Part shown: piece after piece, positions 9,582 through 18,730 of the stretch
How the letters are laid out: each line of letters starts with the position of its first letter
Numbering within the stretch: position 1 is the stretch's first letter
Origin: Thermodesulfovibrionales bacterium
GTDB taxonomy: Bacteria > Nitrospirota > Thermodesulfovibrionia > Thermodesulfovibrionales > UBA6898
Assembly (NCBI GenBank): GCA_044450345.1
Contig: JBIOIY010000003.1
Span: 32,001-96,000 of the forward strand
Direction: 5' to 3'
Length of the DNA stretch: 64,000 nucleotides
The notes under the pieces: generated by a model
Seen by the model: only the letters and a program-made list of their open reading frames with translations
Told to the model about the DNA's origin: nothing
The model's database searches: none
Program-made: the position numbers and the translations under genes

Positions 9582-9795
9582 ATAGCGCGTCTCGATAAGC
9601 CTGTTGCCCAAAATGTCGCAAACAAAATTGCTTGGCTTGCTCAAAAGATTGAGACCGTCGTTCCAGCCCCTCTAAAAGGCAGATTCAAAGGGATGTAGAG
9701 TGGACGACTGGAGGGTTGTATATTCCTTTGAGCATTCTCCTCAAATCATAACAATCTTCGCTGTCAGACATCGCAGTGAAGTCTATAAGGTCTGA
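9582..9795 (+). pseudogene. RelE/ParE-family toxin remnant, frameshifted
   Basis: ARLDKPVAQNVANKIAWL...LKGRFKGM* then, in another frame, RVDDWRVVYSFEH..IITIFAVRHRSEVYKV*. No recognisable native N-terminus. Confidence 0.8.
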
Positions 9796-9828
9796 CAGAC
9801 TTTTCAAAGGAATAAATGTTAATTAAGA

Positions 9829-9919
9829 GTCACTCTTCTTGCGGCCGGCAGGACCTTCCCGGAAAGATTCCGGACGAGCCGGAATGACAAAGCTTAAGAC
9901 ATTACTTTTTTATCATTCA
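9829..9919. repeat. Palindromic dispersed repeat, copy 1 (left hairpin decayed)
   Basis: Shares GAAAGATTCCGGACGAGCCGGAATGACAA and the downstream ATTACTTTTTTA..CATTCA with 11394-11479. Confidence 0.85.
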
Positions 9920-10196
9920 GTTAATAAGGCCTTATTTCGTCGAGAAAGTCTGTCATATCTGCGAAGCGGGTATCGAAACTCCCTTCGGAAATCATAACTC
10001 CCCTTGACCCCCTCGGTCCCGTGAGATATGTAAATAATCCTTCTGGGGTAACCGGCTGAAAATATTGACCGGATCACAGCTTTTTCTGTATTGCTGTAAC
10101 TGGCTAATAACTGGTTGGGGAAAAAGTGCCCTGCCTTTATTTTTGACTTGAAAATAGTCTTGTTTTCAGACTAATTTATAACTAGAGGTGAATGAT

Positions 10197-10397
10197 ATGA
10201 AAATAGAGATCGAAAGGGAAGAGGACGGTCGTTGGATTGCCGAGGTGAATGATCTTCCAGGTGTCTTGGCATACGGAAAGACACGTGATGAAGCAATTGC
10301 TAGAGTTGAAGCACTGGCCCTGCGTGTCATTGCTGATCGGCTGGATCATGGTGAGAGTATTCCGGAACTTGACGAGCTTTTTGCACTTCCTGCATGA
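10197..10397 (+). CDS. hicB: Short HicB-family antitoxin
   Basis: IEREEDGRWIAEV.DLPGVLAYGKTRDEA motif. Its stop overlaps the hicA start (ATGA). Confidence 0.88.
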   Translation: MKIEIEREEDGRWIAEVNDLPGVLAYGKTRDEAIARVEALALRVIADRLDHGESIPELDELFALPA

Positions 10398-10609
10398 GCC
10401 AATGGCCATCTTCCAGAGCCCGTATCGTATTTGCTGCACTCCTTCGTATCGGCTGGCACATCAAAAGAGATACCGCAGGTTCTCACCGCGTTCTTTCACG
10501 GACCGGATTTCCTGATTATGTATTTGCATTTCATGATAGTGATGAAATAGGGCCGCGTATGCTGGCTCGCATTGCAAAGAAAACCGGCCTTAGACCGAAT
10601 GATCTATAG
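10394..10609 (+). CDS. hicA: HicA-family toxin (RNase)
   Basis: 71 aa with GW..R..GSH and FAFHD.DEIGPRMLARIAK motifs. Confidence 0.88.
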   Translation: MSQWPSSRARIVFAALLRIGWHIKRDTAGSHRVLSRTGFPDYVFAFHDSDEIGPRMLARIAKKTGLRPNDL

Positions 10610-10640
10610 ACATTAACAGTTCAACAGGAATGCGGTGGGG

Positions 10641-10688
10641 GGCCAACCAATCGTTCAAGCGGGGAGCCCGCTGAACTCATCGTTAGCA
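10641..10688 (+). other. attC-like integron cassette recombination site (unusually short, 48 bp)
   Basis: GGCCAAC-caatc-GTTCAAGC-ggggagccc-GCTGAAC-tcatc-GTTAGCA, i.e. R''-L''-L'-R' architecture with an extra base in L''. Confidence 0.6.
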
Positions 10689-10846
10689 GAATATGATGAC
10701 CAATAAAGGACCGAAAGAAATTTATCGCGCACTATTATTCATCTGCGCGGTTTATTCTATTGCGGTATCGTTCGCTCATCAACTGGGAATCAAGATGATA
10801 ACTATATTTGTAATGATGACAGAGCCAATTAAAGGAGGACAGGATT

Positions 10847-11365
10847 ATGAAACATGGAATGACAGTAAAACTTTTCGCAATGTGTTTTTGTGTTACAGCA
10901 TTTTCTCTTCTCACTCAACATGCTGCCGCTGGAGACGGCGCAAAGGGCAAGCTGGTGGTGGACGGAAAAAAGGTGGAAATTACCCAGGCATATGCCTATG
11001 CTGAAAAAGGCTTTTTCGACAATGAGAAGCAGGACGTGGTGGTACTACTGTGCGACGCACCTGTGTTGCCTGCCGCAGTTCGCGATTTTTTTGCACGAAA
11101 AGAACTTATCGACTCTGGCAAGCTCCATTGCGTCGAGCAGATAATCAATTCTGAAAAGCAGGTTGTCAACTTTAAAGTTCATGATAAGAGTTTCGGCAGC
11201 AGGCCGCCCAGTGGCGGATCTACCGAACATGTTTTTGATGCAAAGACCTTTGACGGAATAACCGTAGCTGGTCGCTCGTACACAAAATCTCAGCAAAGCT
11301 CATTTGATGACATACCTTATAGCTATGACATAACCTTCAGTGCGCCGATCGGTCCGATGAAGTAA
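10847..11365 (+). CDS. Secreted hypothetical protein
   Basis: AAGGAGG RBS and a signal-peptide-like N-terminus ending AAA. Family not recognised. Confidence 0.8.
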   Translation: MKHGMTVKLFAMCFCVTAFSLLTQHAAAGDGAKGKLVVDGKKVEITQAYAYAEKGFFDNEKQDVVVLLCDAPVLPAAVRDFFARKELIDSGKLHCVEQIINSEKQVVNFKVHDKSFGSRPPSGGSTEHVFDAKTFDGITVAGRSYTKSQQSSFDDIPYSYDITFSAPIGPMK

Positions 11366-11393
11366 AAAGATGTGCCTCTATGACCTATTTCCT

Positions 11394-11479
11394 GTCACTC
11401 CCGCTTGTCGGGAGTCTTCCCAGAAAGATTCCGGACGAGCCGGAATGACAAGGCTTAGGAAATTACTTTTTTACATTCA
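11394..11479. repeat. Palindromic dispersed repeat, copy 2 (double hairpin with GTCA..TGAC ends)
   Basis: GTCACTCCCG-CTTGT-CGGGAGTC spacer GATTCCGG-ACGAG-CCGGAATGAC. Confidence 0.85.
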
Positions 11480-11588
11480 ATAGTCGACTGGTTTAAAAGA
11501 AAATAAGAGGCTCTGCCGTTATTACCCGCCGCAGCTGGTTCAGTCCGGTTTTTTAGTCATGCCTCAGGAGGCTGTGCTACAATGAGCG

Positions 11589-13412
11589 ATGCTTGATCAC
11601 GGCCAGGAAATCCAGACTTTACCCGAAACTCTCAGGACGGTATTTGGTTTTGAGACCTTTCGCCCGAATCAGGAAGATATTATCACGAGCATCGTGAGCG
11701 GGCGGGATGTCTTTGCGGTAATGCCCACAGGCGGGGGCAAATCCCTCTGCTATCAACTCCCTGCAAAGATGATGGAGGGCACGGCTGTCGTTATCAGCCC
11801 GCTCATATCTCTTATGAAAGACCAGGTTGACGCAGCGCTCGAAAACGGCATATCCGCCGCCTTCATGAACAGCTCGATGAATGCAGATGAGGTGGCGGAC
11901 GTCTACCGCATGTTGAAATACAACAAGATAAAACTCCTCTATATAGCACCGGAGCGTTTTGTAATGCCTCATTTCCTCGAAACATTGAAGACCTTCCCCA
12001 TCTCCCTCTTTGCGATAGACGAGGCGCATTGCATATCGGAATGGGGCCATGATTTCCGTCCTGATTATCTCAGTCTTTCTCTCATCCCAAAGGAGTTCCC
12101 TGCTGTTCCGGTCGCCGCCTTTACCGCAACGGCCACCCAAAAAGTCCAGGAAGATATCATCGGGAGAATCGGCCTTCGGAGACCTTTTATCGTGCGCGCC
12201 TCATTCAACCGCCAGAACCTGTTCTATCAGGTCAAACCTAAATCGAAGGTTGAAGCGCAGGTACTGGAGTTCCTCAGGGGGCATCGGGACGAATCCGGGA
12301 TTATCTACAGGACAACCCGTGACTCTGTAATGGAAACAGCCGAATTTCTCGTATCGCACGGGATCAGCGCCAAGCCTTACCATGCGGGGTTATCTTCCGG
12401 CGAGCGCAGCATAAACCAGGATGCCTTTAACAGGGACGAGGCGCAGGTGATCGTGGCGACTATCGCCTTCGGCATGGGAATAGATAAATCGAACGTACGT
12501 TTTGTCCTCCATGCAGACCTTCCCAGGAATATAGAAGGTTACTACCAGGAAACAGGACGTGCAGGACGTGACGGAGAGCCGGCCCGCTGCCTCCTTTTTT
12601 TCAGCAGGGGGGACATCCCGAAGATCCGCTATTTTATCGACCGGATAACGGACGAGGGAGAACGCTCCATTGCCATGGAGAAGCTGAACCAGACCGTGGA
12701 GTACGCATCACATAATGTCTGCAGGAGGAAAAAACTCCTCGGATTTTTCGGCGAGGACTATCCCGACGATAATTGCGGGGCCTGCGATATCTGCACCGGC
12801 TTTGCAGAACAGGTCGACGTTACGGCTGATGCGCAGATTATATTGTCGGCGATTTGGGAGACAAGACAGCGGTTCGGGATAGGACATACCATCGACATCG
12901 TAACCGGAGCGGATACAAAACGGGTCCGGGAGCTCAGACACAATGAGATAAAAACCTATGCAGCAGGGAAAAACAAGGATAAGAAGCACTGGAGGTTCCT
13001 TGTGGATGAACTTCTTGCGCAGGACATGATCCGTCAGGACGGCGACCCTTATCCGGTATTGAAGCTGACCCCGAAAGGCCTTCACGTCATCTCGGGCGAA
13101 GAAGAGGTGAAGGCGCTGAAGAGGGAAGAGGCAGCGGTAAGACCCAAGCGGGCCGGAGGCAGTGCCCTCGCCGGGTATGATGAAGTCCTCTTCGAGAAGC
13201 TCCGGGGCCTCAGGAAAAGGATTGCGGGAGAGCATCAGGTCCCTCCCTACGTCATATTTTCCGACAAAACCCTCCACGAGATGTGCAGGCACTATCCGGT
13301 GACGCTGACCGAGATGAGAAGGATAAGCGGCGTTGGTGACACCAAGCTCGAACGATATGGAGATGATTTCATCGCGGAGATAAAAAAGTACCGGACCGAC
13401 TATCATGCGTGA
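11589..13412 (+). CDS. recQ: DNA helicase RecQ
   Basis: MPTGGGKSLCYQ, DEAH, YYQETGRAGRDG, Zn-binding RQC and one HRDC domain. Confidence 0.97.
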   Translation: MLDHGQEIQTLPETLRTVFGFETFRPNQEDIITSIVSGRDVFAVMPTGGGKSLCYQLPAKMMEGTAVVISPLISLMKDQVDAALENGISAAFMNSSMNADEVADVYRMLKYNKIKLLYIAPERFVMPHFLETLKTFPISLFAIDEAHCISEWGHDFRPDYLSLSLIPKEFPAVPVAAFTATATQKVQEDIIGRIGLRRPFIVRASFNRQNLFYQVKPKSKVEAQVLEFLRGHRDESGIIYRTTRDSVMETAEFLVSHGISAKPYHAGLSSGERSINQDAFNRDEAQVIVATIAFGMGIDKSNVRFVLHADLPRNIEGYYQETGRAGRDGEPARCLLFFSRGDIPKIRYFIDRITDEGERSIAMEKLNQTVEYASHNVCRRKKLLGFFGEDYPDDNCGACDICTGFAEQVDVTADAQIILSAIWETRQRFGIGHTIDIVTGADTKRVRELRHNEIKTYAAGKNKDKKHWRFLVDELLAQDMIRQDGDPYPVLKLTPKGLHVISGEEEVKALKREEAAVRPKRAGGSALAGYDEVLFEKLRGLRKRIAGEHQVPPYVIFSDKTLHEMCRHYPVTLTEMRRISGVGDTKLERYGDDFIAEIKKYRTDYHA

Positions 13413-13486
13413 ATAGTGCCCAGAACCGATGCTGTTCCAACGAAATTAATGTGAGACCGCTGAAAAACAGACAGGATTGCGCTTAA

Positions 13487-14128
13487 ATGTACGAGTCATT
13501 TCTCTCTGCTGCCAAAACAATTCCGCATTGTGAGCGCGATTTTGCCGAATGGCACAGGGGCGCTTCACAGTATGGCTTCTGGGCGGTCCTGGTCGATGAC
13601 CCGGACTGGCTCGCTCTATTTGAAGCCGCGTGTTCACACGTAAGACAATTCATACATCCCGGATACCGGCGCGCACCGCACATTACGGTCGCAGCCTGTG
13701 GTCTATTAAGTGAAGGACATTTCTCTCCCCAACTTCAAAAACGCCAGACGACAGCGCTGACTGAAGCGAAAATGACGCCGTTTTTTTTGGAGACCGGCCC
13801 GTTGGACAGCTTCACCTCTGCGCCGTACATTACGGTCGAATACCCGGCAGGGTCGCTCGATCAGATCCGTTCAATTTTAGCCGCTGTCTCCGAAGAAGAT
13901 GACCCGGCCGACTATAAACCTCATATCACACTTGGACTGTATCGGGGGGCCTTCGATACGTCGCGCGTAGCAAATCATCTTTCAAGGTTTCGACCTCTGC
14001 CGACCAGATCCCTGCAAGTGAATGAACTGTCGTTCTGCGTCTATGAGACAGGAAGCATTCAGGGTCCATTTATTGTTTTGGAACGTGTAGCATTGAATTG
14101 CGTGCATCGCATCTATACAAAAAAATAA
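13487..14128 (+). CDS. 2H phosphoesterase (2'-5' RNA ligase-like)
   Basis: Two HxT motifs, PHITV and PHITLG. Confidence 0.75.
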   Translation: MYESFLSAAKTIPHCERDFAEWHRGASQYGFWAVLVDDPDWLALFEAACSHVRQFIHPGYRRAPHITVAACGLLSEGHFSPQLQKRQTTALTEAKMTPFFLETGPLDSFTSAPYITVEYPAGSLDQIRSILAAVSEEDDPADYKPHITLGLYRGAFDTSRVANHLSRFRPLPTRSLQVNELSFCVYETGSIQGPFIVLERVALNCVHRIYTKK

Positions 14129-14136
14129 CGGCTCTC

Positions 14137-14871
14137 CTACTTCCCTCCGCAGGCGGGGCAGTCAGGGTCTTTGAACCCCTTGAAGGTCCTGAAGCTCATG
14201 TCATTCCCTGACCACACGAGAAGCTTCCCCTTTAAGACCTTTCCTATTCCTGAGAGGTACTTCATCGCTTCCATCGCCTGAAGCGTGCCGATTACACCCG
14301 GTGTTGCACCGAGGACAGGGAATACTTCTTTTGGTGGAGACTCCGGGAAATAACACCTCAGACAGGGTGTCTCCGGAGATTTGATAAAAGTGATACGTCC
14401 GTCAAGCCCCCATATGCTTCCATGGATCAGAGGGATGTTTTTTCTGATCGCGCATTCATTCAGGAGATATCTGGTCGGGAAGTTGTCCATACAATCGAGT
14501 ATGAGGTCCGAGTTCCCTACGAGGTCATCGACGTTTTCAGCCACTATCTTGTCTGTAAATGCCTCGATTGTAATGTGAGGGTTCAGCTCTTCGAGGGTCT
14601 GTTTTGCAGACACGGCTTTGTTTATCCCTATCCGATTATGGTTATGGAGGATCTGCCTGTTGAGGTTCGACCGGTCAGGAGAATCGAAGTCGCATATCCG
14701 TATATTCCCCACGCCTGCCACGGCAAGATAGATGGAGACGGGCGACCCAAGGCCGCCGGCTCCTGCCACGAAGACGGTAGAGTTCTTGATCCTTTCCTGG
14801 GTCTCGACGCCCCAGCCTTCCATCATCATCTGGCGGTTGTAGCGGTCGATCTCTTCCTGTGTCAGTTTCAT
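14137..14871 (-). CDS. ThiF/MoeB/HesA-family adenylyltransferase
   Basis: GAGGLGSP, SNLNRQILH, CLRC and CPAC motifs. Confidence 0.92.
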   Translation of the reverse strand: MKLTQEEIDRYNRQMMMEGWGVETQERIKNSTVFVAGAGGLGSPVSIYLAVAGVGNIRICDFDSPDRSNLNRQILHNHNRIGINKAVSAKQTLEELNPHITIEAFTDKIVAENVDDLVGNSDLILDCMDNFPTRYLLNECAIRKNIPLIHGSIWGLDGRITFIKSPETPCLRCYFPESPPKEVFPVLGATPGVIGTLQAMEAMKYLSGIGKVLKGKLLVWSGNDMSFRTFKGFKDPDCPACGGK

Positions 14872-15086
14872 GTTGTGTTTTGCCTCAGTCGCATAAAGTA
14901 TAGCAAATCCTTCTTCTGACCTTCAAGAAATAGGGCGGCAATTGACAAGGGGCATTTCTTCGAGTAGCTTGTGAATAAGAACGGGATTTCTGAATTACAA
15001 TCATGCACGCAATGCAATAACGGGAAGGACCGCACCGGTCTCTTCTTCTTAGCTAGCGGCAAAGAGAGACAGAATGGGAGGACATC

Positions 15087-15875
15087 ATGAAGAGAATATT
15101 TTTTTCGTTTCTTGTTGTGTTGATCGGCATGGGCTGGGCGATGAAATCTGAGGCCAAAATTCATACCGAAACAGTTGAATACATGCAAGGCGACGCAGCA
15201 CTTGAAGGCTATCTCGCCTATGACGACGCGATCACCGGGAAACGGCCGGGTGTGGTCGTGGTACATGAATGGTGGGGGCTGAATGATTTCATCAAGGGCA
15301 GGGCTGAGGCCCTTGCAAAGCTCGGCTATGTCGCCTTCGCGGTAGATATATACGGTAAAGGCATCAGAGCGAAGACCGCTGAGGAGGCCGGTAAACTGGC
15401 CGGCCTCTACCGGTCCGACCGCAAGCTTTTGCGTGCCCGCGCCAATGCCGGGCTTGAGGTGCTTAAAAGGCTTGAGCAGACCGACACAAAAAATATCGCG
15501 GCGATAGGATACTGCTTCGGCGGAGGTACGGTGCTTGAGATGGCCCGGGGCGGGGCTGATATTTCAGGCGTGGTCAGCTTCCACGGCAATCTCGACAACC
15601 CCAATCCTGCCGACGCAAAGAATATCAAGGCGGAGGTACTGGTGCTGCACGGCGCTGAAGACCCTTATGTGACACCGGAACAGGTGAGGACCTTCTGGGA
15701 CGAGATGAGGAAGACAGATGCCCGCTGGCAGGTCAACATTTACAGCGGGGCGGTCCACAGCTTTACTAACCCGGACTCTGGTAATGACAAGTCCAAAGGG
15801 GTCGCATATAATGAAACGGCAGCTGTGCGATCATGGAACGCGATGAGGGCATTTTTTGTAGAGATATTCAGATAA
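15087..15875 (+). CDS. Dienelactone hydrolase family protein, exported
   Basis: HEWWG, GYCFGG and AVHSF motifs, plus a signal peptide. Confidence 0.9.
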   Translation: MKRIFFSFLVVLIGMGWAMKSEAKIHTETVEYMQGDAALEGYLAYDDAITGKRPGVVVVHEWWGLNDFIKGRAEALAKLGYVAFAVDIYGKGIRAKTAEEAGKLAGLYRSDRKLLRARANAGLEVLKRLEQTDTKNIAAIGYCFGGGTVLEMARGGADISGVVSFHGNLDNPNPADAKNIKAEVLVLHGAEDPYVTPEQVRTFWDEMRKTDARWQVNIYSGAVHSFTNPDSGNDKSKGVAYNETAAVRSWNAMRAFFVEIFR

Positions 15876-15901
15876 AAAAACAGGAAAAGGAAACAGTCTG
15901 C

Positions 15902-16759
15902 ATGGAACTCTATGAAGAAATCGTGAGATTGAAAAAGGAAGGCAGATCTTCCGCCCTCGCAACGATAGTGCAGTGCATAGGTTCGTCACCTCAGAAAGAA
16001 GGGGCGAAGATGCTTGTCAGGGACGACGGCTCGATTGCAGGCACTATGGGAGGCGGATGTCTTGAGGCCGAAGTGATTCAGGCCTCTGTCATGGCGATCA
16101 AGGACGGCTCGCCCCGAACGCTTCCGATAGAACTTACCGAGAGACACGGCGGACTCGTCTGCGGCGGCAAGGTACTTGTATATATCGAACCGGTCATACC
16201 TGAGCCGAGACTTATTATCCTCGGCGCCGGTCATGTCGGCAAGGCGCTCGCAAGAGTCGCCAAGTTCAGCGGCTTCAAGACGACCGTTGTTGACGACAGG
16301 GAGGAATTCGCAAACAGAGAGAATATTCCTGATGCCGACGAACTGGTTGTCCGTGGCTTGGGGGACGCTTTTCCCAAAGTTTTTGTCGACAGCGGCTCCT
16401 ATATCGTTATCGCGACAAGGGGACATACCCATGACCTTGACGCACTTAAGGCCGCTTTAAGGACGAGGGCCGGATATATCGGCCTTCTCGGCAGCAAGCG
16501 CAAGAGGGCACTTCTTTTTAAGGTCCTCGGCGAAGAAGGTTTTTCTAAAGAAGATGTCGCGAGGGTCGTCACGCCTGTGGGCCTTTCTATCGGGTCCGTT
16601 ACCCCGGAGGAGATTGCGATAAGCATCATGGCCCAGATAATTCAGAAAAGGAGGGAACATATTGTCCTCGGTATCGGCAGTTCTTCTTGCAGCAGGCTCG
16701 GGGAGGAGGATGCCGGCAGCGACATGGTGGAGTCAAGGAAGACTACCTTGCGATCATGA
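15902..16759 (+). CDS. XdhC/CoxI molybdenum cofactor insertion chaperone
   Basis: GTMGGGCLE, GAGHVG, GLLGSKRK and PEEIAISI motifs. Likely start is ATG 15902. Confidence 0.92.
   Translation: MELYEEIVRLKKEGRSSALATIVQCIGSSPQKEGAKMLVRDDGSIAGTMGGGCLEAEVIQASVMAIKDGSPRTLPIELTERHGGLVCGGKVLVYIEPVIPEPRLIILGAGHVGKALARVAKFSGFKTTVVDDREEFANRENIPDADELVVRGLGDAFPKVFVDSGSYIVIATRGHTHDLDALKAALRTRAGYIGLLGSKRKRALLFKVLGEEGFSKEDVARVVTPVGLSIGSVTPEEIAISIMAQIIQKRREHIVLGIGSSSCSRLGEEDAGSDMVESRKTTLRS
16662..16712 (+). pseudogene. N-terminal stub of a MocA/MobA-like NTP transferase
   Basis: AGGAGG (16649-16654), TTG at 16662, then MSSVSAVLLAAGSGRRM. Similarity stops there and the frame closes at 16811. Confidence 0.65.
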
Positions 16760-16777
16760 GAAAGATAGGAGTTCCGG

Positions 16778-17518
16778 ATGTCGAGGGACCTTAACGCATA
16801 CGCCCCATTAATCGCCAATATAGGTTTAGGTCTCGCGCTGGCTTCAGCTATCGCGATGATCTTTTCGGGTATCGGCACTCGATGCGAGCTCTGGAATTTC
16901 CGCATTGGCTTATTGGTCCTGAAATGGGCTGCCTACGGTGGACTTGTCGCGGCTGCAGTTTCCCTTGCAGGGTTTGTCATCTCTTGTCGCGGCGGACCGG
17001 GCATTGTGCGTGCGCTGATAGGAATTATTTTAGGGGTTATTTTGGTTGCGGTTCCTGCGTACTGGCTGGAGAAGGCGCGGCGTGTCCCGCCTATCCACGA
17101 CATTACCACCGATACCTCCGCCCCCCCGCAATTGATGTCGATCTTACCCCTTCGGAAAAACGCTTCTAACCCGCCCGATTACGGAGGGCCTCAGATTGCT
17201 GCCCAGCAGATCAGGGCATATCCCGACATCACTCCGTTTGTACTCGACATCCCGCCCGAAGCGGCCTTCGAAATGGCATTGGCGGCCTCGCGGAGGATGG
17301 GGTGGAAGATAGTTGACGCAGACAGGGCGGACGGGCGGATTGAGGCCTTCGATACGACCTTCTGGTTCGGGTTCAAGGACGATATCGTCATCCGCGTGAA
17401 GAAAGAAGGACAGGGCAGTCGTGTAGACATCCGTTCGGTATCGCGCGTGGGGATAAGCGATGTAGGGACAAATGCGAACCGGGTAAGAAAGTTTCTCAGA
17501 GAGATGGAAAAGAAGTAA
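16778..17518 (+). CDS. DUF1499-like membrane protein
   Basis: PPIHDITTD, WFGFKDDIVIR and RSVSRVG.SDVG.NA.R motifs. Confidence 0.85.
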   Translation: MSRDLNAYAPLIANIGLGLALASAIAMIFSGIGTRCELWNFRIGLLVLKWAAYGGLVAAAVSLAGFVISCRGGPGIVRALIGIILGVILVAVPAYWLEKARRVPPIHDITTDTSAPPQLMSILPLRKNASNPPDYGGPQIAAQQIRAYPDITPFVLDIPPEAAFEMALAASRRMGWKIVDADRADGRIEAFDTTFWFGFKDDIVIRVKKEGQGSRVDIRSVSRVGISDVGTNANRVRKFLREMEKK

Positions 17519-17677
17519 AAAACACGTTATTTTGCACATCTTGTTTCCCCAGTTGAAAGAAGGCTCTCTAAACTTTTCCGCGGAAGAAAAATACTAATTT
17601 CTTGAAGTTGTCGACAGATTACAAGCGTCCGACTATACTTAATTGTATTCGTAATTCTTCTTATAAGGGAGGGAAAG

Positions 17678-18730
17678 ATGGGCGAAACGTTAAAAAACTT
17701 GCTCATACCTTCGGTCGTTGCGGTGGTGTCTGTGGCGGTATTGCTTGCGATCCGAAGCATTGCTCTCGGACTTATACAGAAGCGGTCGGCAGGTGCGGGG
17801 AGGAAGGTCGACGATATTGTCATAAATGCCTTTAGGGTCCCGTCTGTCTACTGGTGTGTTGCGATCGGACTCCACATCGGCATCGCGGTTTCAGAGCTTC
17901 CCCAACGATACGTCTTTTATATCAGCAAGACGATTCACATCCTCGTGATATTTTCTATTACCATCGCGACTGCAAATCTGGCAGACAGGGTTTTCAAGAA
18001 TTATGTCAGGCAGTCGAACCTCGCGATACCTACAACGGGACTTGCCTTTGGACTGTTGAGAGGAGCGGTCTTGTCTATCGGCTTATTGATCATACTCGGC
18101 GTTCTGGGGATCTCGATTGCGCCGCTTATCACCGCGCTCGGCGTCGGAGGCCTTGCGGTCGCCCTTGCGCTTCAGGACACGCTCGCCAATCTCTTTGCGG
18201 GCATCCATATACTTGCAGAAAGAACAATACGTGTGGGGGACTTTGTGCGGCTTGAAACAGGGCAGGAAGGACTAGTAGAGGACATCTCATGGAGGACGAC
18301 AAGGATCAGGATGCCTTCCAACAACATGGTGGTCATCACGAACAGCAAACTTTCCCAGAGCATAGTAACGAATTATTCGCTGCCTGAAAAAAGGACTTTT
18401 GTCCAGATACAAATAGGCGTCGGCTATTCTTCCGATCCCGAAACAATCGAAAGGATCCTGAAGGAAGTGGCGATAAAGGCGACCAAAGAGGTGCCGTTTC
18501 TGCTTGCCGACCCTGCCCCGGACGTGAGCTTCTCCCCGGGATTCGGCCCGAGTTCTCTGGATTTTACTGTAACTTGCCAGCTCCGGGAGTTTACCGACCA
18601 GGGGGCCGCGCAACACGAGCTGCGAAAGAGGGTATTCAAAAGATTGAGGGAAGAAGCAATAGAGATTCCCTTTCCTCAGAGGACGGTATATCTGCGGGAG
18701 GAAAAGGAATGGAAGCGGGACGGTGAATAA
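17678..18730 (+). CDS. MscS-family mechanosensitive channel
   Basis: GVGGLAVALALQDTLAN and IEIPFPQ motifs. Confidence 0.93.
   Translation: MGETLKNLLIPSVVAVVSVAVLLAIRSIALGLIQKRSAGAGRKVDDIVINAFRVPSVYWCVAIGLHIGIAVSELPQRYVFYISKTIHILVIFSITIATANLADRVFKNYVRQSNLAIPTTGLAFGLLRGAVLSIGLLIILGVLGISIAPLITALGVGGLAVALALQDTLANLFAGIHILAERTIRVGDFVRLETGQEGLVEDISWRTTRIRMPSNNMVVITNSKLSQSIVTNYSLPEKRTFVQIQIGVGYSSDPETIERILKEVAIKATKEVPFLLADPAPDVSFSPGFGPSSLDFTVTCQLREFTDQGAAQHELRKRVFKRLREEAIEIPFPQRTVYLREEKEWKRDGE

Noticed and set aside
9495..9698. 67-aa ORF as a real gene
   Set aside because: Chimera of unrelated upstream sequence and the first half of the broken relE.
10693..11004. 103-aa ORF after the attC-like site
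   Set aside because: Its 3' half overlaps the better supported 10847-11365 gene out of frame. At most the 5' part is a cassette remnant.
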